Shown: piece after piece, positions 1 through 64,000 of the stretch
Numbering within the stretch: the stretch's first letter is position 1
Layout: every line of letters starts with the position of its first letter
From: Eledone cirrhosa
Lineage: Eukaryota
Assembly (NCBI GenBank): GCA_964016885.1
Contig: OZ024752.1
Location: forward strand, 12,710,001 to 12,774,000
Length of the DNA: 64,000 nt
Direction of reading: 5' to 3'
Notes under the pieces: model-generated
What the model was told of the DNA's origin: nothing
Seen by the model: the letters and a program-made list of their open reading frames with translations, nothing else
Databases searched by the model: none
Position numbers and translations under genes: made by a program

Positions 1-165
1 TCATCATTATCATCATCATCGTCATCATTATCATCATTACCATCATCACCATCACCATCACCACCATCACCATCACCACCATCATCACCATCATCATCAC
101 CACCACCGTCATCATCACCATCATCATCACCATCATCACCATCACCATCACCATCACTATCATCA
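1..165. repeat. (CAT/CAC)n microsatellite
   Basis: Direct reading. Confidence 0.95.
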
Positions 166-1144
166 TTTAACATCTCTTCTCGATGCTACATCCAAAATAA
201 TATTTTACTTGCTGTTCCTTTTTACTGCTAGCTGTCTTAAGGATTAGACAGATCCTGGATACATATTACCTTATCCTCAACACACCCACACCACCACTTC
301 CATCAGTTTCCTTACAGCCCTTACCACCTGATACATCATCATCACCATCATCACCATCATTGTCGTCATTTAACGTCCATTTTACCTGTTAGCAACCTGT
401 TAGCAGCCTGTCACCCACTTCTGTTTAACATTAGTCATGTCCATGCAAGCTGTTGCAGTGGTATTCTCTTTCCTAAATCTTTCCTTAACATATTTGTAAA
501 TAAATATACTGTTTATAATTTTCTAATGAAGAGATATAATCTAGGAAATTTAAAGGGCGGTAACGGTTTAAGTTTCCAAGTCAATAAAATGAAGAAAAAT
601 ATAAGAAAAGATAATGATTTCTAGTATAGGCACAAGGCCAGTAATTTTGGGGGTGGGGAAAGTCGATTAAATCGACCCTAGTGCATTACTGGTGCTTTAT
701 TTTATCGACCCCGTAAGGATGAAAGGCAAAGCTGACCTTGGCAGGATTTGAACTCAGAATGTAAAAACCATAACTTTATGCTGCAAAGCATGGTGTCTGA
801 CACTCTACTGATACTGCCAATCCAAATATAATAAATGTGGGTCCATGTGGAAGTAATTAGGGAATGTTGGGGGAAATGAGCAAAGTTTTTAAATCTTGTG
901 TGGGCGGAATTTTCCAGTTCTTTAGTATAAATTTGTGGGTGTTAGGGTAGCAATTGAGGAAATCAGTCCGTTGGTTCAGACAGGATGTATAGAATTTTCT
1001 GTATATTTCATCTTTCTGCTATACAGAACTAACATGTCCTCAAGTCATTTATATAGGATCAGGATCTTTCTAGAATCTTCCATCAAACTGGAGCACAATT
1101 ATATTTTCAATACACATGAAAGAAAAGCGGTTCCCTATTTACAA

Positions 1145-1198
<54 letters not shown>

Positions 1199-1974
1199 TC
1201 ACACATACACATAAATGTATATATGTGTGTGTGCATGTGCATTTGTGTGTAGTTGTCATCACTGGCAATGATATTTGTTTACATTGTGTATGCAGTTATT
1301 TTAGTTCTCTCCATTTGGCTTGGTCAAATCTGTTTTGATGGTGGCTTTATTTTAGCAGTGAAAAATTTCACACTGAAGAGAGAGAGACAGAGATACCGAC
1401 ACTCATACACTCGCACACAGACTCTCACACACTCACACACAGACTCTCACACACTCACACACAGACCCTCACACACATACACAAACATGCCCAGGTGTGT
1501 ATAGGTTTTGTGTGTATAGGCTATAATTGTTTTTATATTAGGCACAAGGCCAGCAATTACCCAGTACATTACTGGTGCTTTATTTTATCGACCCCGTAAA
1601 GATGAAAGGCAAAGTTAACCTCAGCGGGATTTGAACTCAGATCGTAAAGGGACCTAACTATGCTGTGTATAGGCTATATAATGCTGTTAAGACGGCTCGG
1701 GGTGCGTGACATACTGGAATTTATATTCAGTTTTCTACACCAAATTAGCGGTCACCTGATACAGCGATTTCTGGTGCTGAGAAGTTATAATCAGCTGTCA
1801 TCTCAAGTTAAACATTTATCCATTTATTCCTACTTACAAATATATAGTGATAACTTATATTAATTCAAATGATATCACTGAATAATAAGTATATTTAGTT
1901 CTTTTAAAGATCAATATAAAAAATAGGTGGTGAATTGGCCGAGTTGTTAGAGCGTTGGATAGAAGGATTTATGG

Positions 1975-3935
1975 CAGGGGTGTGTAACATATTCCATTGG
2001 CGGGCCACTTTTGAACATTGGAACAACTATTAGGGCCATTAATATTTATTAAGCACTATTCCAAAGATTCACCACAACTTCTTTCCATAACATGGAACTG
2101 GGAAATTATAACACACATAACCCTAACAGTAAAGCCCTTTAGTATAGGTCAATTGGGAAATTATAACACACATAACCCTATCAGTGAAGCCCTTTAGTAT
2201 AGGTCAACTGGGAAATTATAACACACACAACCCTATCAGTGAAGCCCTTTAGTATAGGTCAACTGGGAAATTATAACACACATAACCCTATCAGTGAAAC
2301 CCTTTAGTATAGGTCAACTGGGAAATTATAACACACACAACCCTATCAGTGAAGCCCTTTAGTATAGGTCAACTGGGAAATTATAACACACATAACCCTA
2401 TCAATGAAGCCCTTTAGTATAGGTCAACTGGGAAATTATAACACACAACCCTATCAGTGAAGCCCTTTAGTATAGGTCAACTGGGAAATTATAACACATA
2501 ACCCTATCAGTGAAACCCTTTAGTATAGGTCAACTGGGAAATTATAACACATAACCCTATCAATGAAGCCCTTTAGTATAGGTCAACTGGGAAATTATAA
2601 CACATAACCCTATCAGTGAAGCCCTTTAGTATAGGTCAACTGGGAAATTATAACACATAACCCTATCAGTGAAACCCTTTAGTATAGGTCAACTGGGAAA
2701 TTATAACACATAACCCTATCAGTGAAACCCTTTAGTATAGGTCAACTGGGAAATTATAACACATAACCCTATCAGTGAAGCCCTTTAGTATAGGTCAACT
2801 GGGAAATTATAACACATAACCCTATCAGTGAAGCCCTTTAGTATAGGTCAACTGGGAAATTATAACACATAACCCTATCAGTGAAACCCTTTAGTATAGG
2901 TCAACTGGGAAATTATAACACATAACCCTATCAGTGAAACCCTTTAGTATAGGTCAACTGGGAAATTATAACACATAACCCTATCAGTGAAACCCTTTAG
3001 TATAGGTCAACTGGGAAATTATAACACATAACCCTATCAGTGAAACCCTTTAGTATAGGTCAACTGGGAAATTATAACACATAACCCTATCAGTGAAGCC
3101 CTTTAGTATAGGTCAACTGGGAAATTATAACACATAACCCTATCAGTGAAACCCTTTAGTATAGGTCAACTGGGAAATTATAACACATAACCCTATCAGT
3201 GAAGCCCTTTAGTATAGGTCAACTGGGAAATTATAACACATAACCCTATCAGTGAAACCCTTTAGTATAGGTCAACTGGGAAATTATAACACATAACCCT
3301 ATCAGTGAAGCCCTTTAGTATAGGTCAACTGGGAAATTATAACACATAACCCTATCAGTGAAACCCTTTAGTATAGGTCAACTGGGAAATTATAACACAT
3401 AACCCTATCAGTGAAGCCCTTTAGTATAGGTCAACTGGGAAATTATAACACATAACCCTATCAGTGAAACCCTTTAGTATAGGTCAACTGGGAAATTATA
3501 ACACATAACCCTATCAGTGAAACCCTTTAGTATAGGTCAACTGGGAAATTATAACACATAACCCTATCAGTGAAGCCCTTTAGTATAGGTCAACTGGGAA
3601 ATTATAACACATAACCCTATCAGTGAAGCCCTTTAGTATAGGTCAACTGGGAAATTATAACACATAACCCTATCAGTGAAACCCTTTAGTATAGGTCAAC
3701 TGGGAAATTATAACACATAACCCTATCAGTGAAGCCCTTTAGTATAGGTCAACTGGGAAATTATAACACATAACCCTATCAGTGAAACCCTTTAGTATAG
3801 GTCAATTAACAGAAAATTGTATTACAGTTATGAAATAAGCCTACAAGCTAAACATTAAAAACGGTCATCGTGGGCCACTCTAACTGGTCTGATGGGCTGG
3901 ATTGTGGCCCACGGGCCACCTGTTGCACGCCCCTG
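1975..3935. mobile_element. hAT-type non-autonomous element inserted in a SINE and expanded by an internal minisatellite
   Basis: TIRs CAGGGGTGTGTAACA / TGTTGCACGCCCCTG (13/15 match); 8-bp TSD ATTTATGG / CTTTATGG; SINE head at 1926-1974 resumes at about 3944. Confidence 0.8.
2096..3805. repeat. 53-bp minisatellite, about 32 copies
   Basis: Unit CAACTGGGAAATTATAACACATAACCCTATCAGTGAA(G/A)CCCTTTAGTATAGGT; first copies are 55 bp. Confidence 0.97.
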
Positions 3936-5634
3936 CTTTATGGTTTTCATTCTGGTTCACTGCTCTCAGAGTTCAAATCCTGCTGAGGTTAAGTTTGCCT
4001 TTCATCCTTTCGTGGTGAATAAAAAAAAAAAAAGTACCAGTCTAGTACTGGGGTTGATTCTTCCTCTTTACCTCTTTTTCATTTCCTCTTTCTCACTTTC
4101 TATCCTTCCCTAAGAAATATGCTCTATTCAGGCCTAGAGAGGGATGGGCTCTGCCAAGCTCTGTCAATACAGTGCCCCTACAACTCTATAAGGAGTTACG
4201 GGACCATACATACATACATACATAAAAAAATTATGTCAGGAGTTGCAACCAGTAGATAGTATTAGCAATGGAAAGACCACTCTGTGAGTGTGGTCTGGGA
4301 TCTTGTCGTAAGATTCAATCAATTGATAACAAATTATTTAGGGAATATAAACATACAAGATATTGTAATCACCAAACACTACATCTTACCATGTCTTAGT
4401 AACAATTGGCAATGTATTTTTGTTACAACACATCATAATATACACACCACATAACATAAAACCTGTGTCATATATCTCTAAATTAGATTATACTAATGTA
4501 TTATTTTTAGGTTACCCATATCATAGCTGTAAACTCTGCTACAAATATCACAGATGTCATATATCTCTACATTACATTTTACATGTTATATTTTTAGGTT
4601 AAAGATCCCCATTTGTCACTAATGACCATGGTATTTGCACCTAGAAAGTTTCCCTTCAAGGCACAAGTCTGGGCAAGGTTCTTTGTGGAAGACCAGCAGT
4701 TACCAATGCATACCAGTCTCCCCTCTCCACGCCACTAATGTTGTCCAAGAAAAAGGCTAAGGCCAATACAACTTGGCACCAGTTAAGTCCCAACTCATTT
4801 CTACAGCAGAATAAACTGGGGAAAAGCGAAATAAAGTATCTTGCTCAAGGACACAATGCATCACCCCATCTGAGAATCGAACTCACAACCTCTTAATTAC
4901 AAGTCCAACACTCTAACCACTAAGCCATGCACCTTTTAGGTTACACATATAACAGTTTAATCTCTGCTACAAATATCACAGATGTTATATACCTCAACAT
5001 TACATCTTACTGATATTTTCAGGATACCTGGCTTGTCTGGGAGATCAGTAGCCCTGCTTCAGTATTGACTTGGTTTCTGTAGACCCATACAACTCTTGCT
5101 ACCAGGGAAGTCTAAAGAAAAAGTCTAAATTCTGTCCTAAGCCAGAAGGCTCATTTGGCCGGTGCTTATCCTGGTTTCATGGCGTGAAGTGACTGAGAGT
5201 ACATGACTCCCCCCTGGACAGGATGCCAGTCCATTGCAGGGTTAAACCCCCAGCTATTGCTGGTACTCCTTTTCAGCCAAGTATACTGGAGCAACATGAA
5301 ATGAAGTGTTTTGTTCAAGAACATAACACACAACCCAGGAATTAAACCCACAACATTATAAAGTCCAACACCTTTACCACTAGGCCACATGCCTCCACGC
5401 CAGCAGGGAAAGCAGTCGTTAAAACGATGACGATAATGAAGATGATTTTATCAGTGTAAACTTTGCTACAAACATCACAGACCTCCCATATCTCTACATT
5501 ATATTCTACCAATGTTATATTTTTAGGTTACAACCACATCTGGTGCTCCAACGATGAGTGTTCCAGTTGATCCGATCAATGGAACAGCCTGCTCGTGAAA
5601 TTAACGTGCAAGTGACTGAGCATTCCACAGGCAT

Positions 5635-6086
5635 CTATCTATCTATCTAGGGTGGGTAAAATTCCTGCGCTCCATGGACAAGTTCTTTACAGCGGTCTCT
5701 GTCCCTCATTATCGCTGCCATGTCCTGCGTCTCCAACAGACCAGTGTCTGTCCTTAGGGCATCAACATATGTTATCCTTGGTCTTCCTCTGCCAGTATGT
5801 CCATGCAGGGGCTCCCACAGGAGCACCGAGTGCAGTGTCAACCCTGGATGTCGGTGAGCATGTCCAGCTAACCTCAGTCTCCTCTGTGCTACTCTCAAAC
5901 TGACTTTTGGGAGGCTCCCATACAGCTCTGAGTTCTTCATCCTCAGTTTATACTGATTAATGTTCAGAGCCACCCTCAGCATTCTCGTGTAACACCCATC
6001 CACCATCTGAGGGAGTTTCTTGGTCAGCGTCCAAGTTTCAGACCTGTGCAGCAGCACAGAATCCACTGTAGCAGCGAAGAGACGGA
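5635..6086 (-). mobile_element. 5'-truncated RTE-like LINE inserted in a SINE
   Basis: ORF end SETWTLTKK...RRLRLAGHAHRH...GRGRPRITYVD; (TAGA)n tail; 11-bp TSD TCCACAGGCAT at 5624-5634 and 6087-6097; host SINE about 5560-6318 on the minus strand. Confidence 0.88.
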
Positions 6087-6349
6087 TCCACAGGCATGCA
6101 TACCCTTAATGTAGTTCTCAGGGAGATTCAGTGTGACACAGAACATGACAAAGCTGGCTCCTCAAATTACAAATACAACTCATTTTTACCAGCTGAGTGA
6201 ACTGGAGCAATGTGAAGTGAAGTGTTTTACTCAAGGACACAACGTGCCACCAGGACTCAAACTCACAACCATACGATTGTAAGCCAAATATCCTAACCAC
6301 AAAGCCACACGCCTTCACAATTATTATTTTTATTATTATTCTTTTTCAG

Positions 6350-63138
<56,789 letters not shown>

Positions 63139-64000
63139 GTAATTATTTTTTCTCTTTCTTGTTCATTACTTTTTTCGGATGAAAAATAGAAACATAGAAA
63201 GTACTTAGAAACATAGTAACATCACTGATGATGTTACAGAGATGTGTGACAAAAGAACTCTGAAAAACTATATTTATATTTTGTAACTGTTCGTCAATCA
63301 ATGATAAACATTGATTGCCAGCTAAATTATTTATAGAAATATAAAAATATACTGAAGCGAAAACCAAACTAAACAGTAAGTGTGTTTTACTATATTTTTC
63401 TAGCCATATTAGAACAACATGATCCTCCCAAAATATAACAATATATATTTTTTAAAAAACAGTCGTTTTGGAAGCCTCAACAATGCAAATGGGTAAATCT
63501 CTGGGTAACAAAATCAGGTGGCAGTAAGATGAGAGAGAGAATTGGGAAGAAGCATAGAAAGAGACGTAGAGAGCATAAAAGACGTAAAAAAGGTGTAAAA
63601 AGACAGAAGATAGTTACCTTTGAAACGATTTATTGGTCCCTATATTTTCACATCCATCAACAAGTGGATTTTCTAAGGGGAAAGAATTACGTTGGGGAAG
63701 AGAACAACGCCTGACCTTCCTTGTCTGTCACAATTGAAATACTCTATTTTATATTTCAATAGAATGCATACAAATAAACCTTATTTATGTATTTAAAATT
63801 TGTAAAATAGAAAGAGGAAAAAAAGTGGAAGAAGACATACATTCTCTAGCATATGCCACAAGGAGTGCTGGAGTTTCCTCTCTGATGATTTTTTAGGCAA
63901 GCCAACACACCCGCAGCATGGTTGTGGGTGATAGTGAGACTAATACAATGGAATAACCAGTACACTCATGAGCATTACTTATATATATATATATTTGTAA

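Noticed and set aside
63224-63280. Additional hammerhead (CTGATGA-TGTTACA..TGTGACA)
   Set aside because: No GAAA, stem III or stem I partner in register

Overview
This is AT-rich, very repeat-dense eukaryotic genomic DNA. The mix of tRNA-derived SINEs, RTE LINE tails ending in (GAT)n and large microsatellites points to an octopus or other coleoid cephalopod; that assignment is inference. The window lies inside one large + strand gene. I reconstructed 15 GT-AG exons by hand (6350-63138, 2646 nt, 882 codons, open frame, compatible phases). They encode C-type lectin - LDLa - CUB - PAN/Apple - CUB - CUB - 3x Sushi - 2x cbEGF - Sushi, an Uninflatable (Uif)-like matrix or receptor protein whose start and end fall outside the window. 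The introns hold two tRNA-SINE families, RTE LINE fragments, hAT, piggyBac and Tc1-mariner MITEs, Helitrons, many minisatellites and long palindromes. Nearly all long ORFs in the ORF track are repeat translations. The most notable observations are: (i) about 12 Penelope-type hammerhead ribozyme motifs, several with intact cores and different but always palindromic stem III sequences, often inside perfect hairpins; (ii) a symmetric PAN/Apple exon between CUB1 and CUB2; (iii) duplicated decoy splice acceptors; (iv) minisatellites arising from SINE or MITE interiors. No prokaryotic system or CRISPR array is present.
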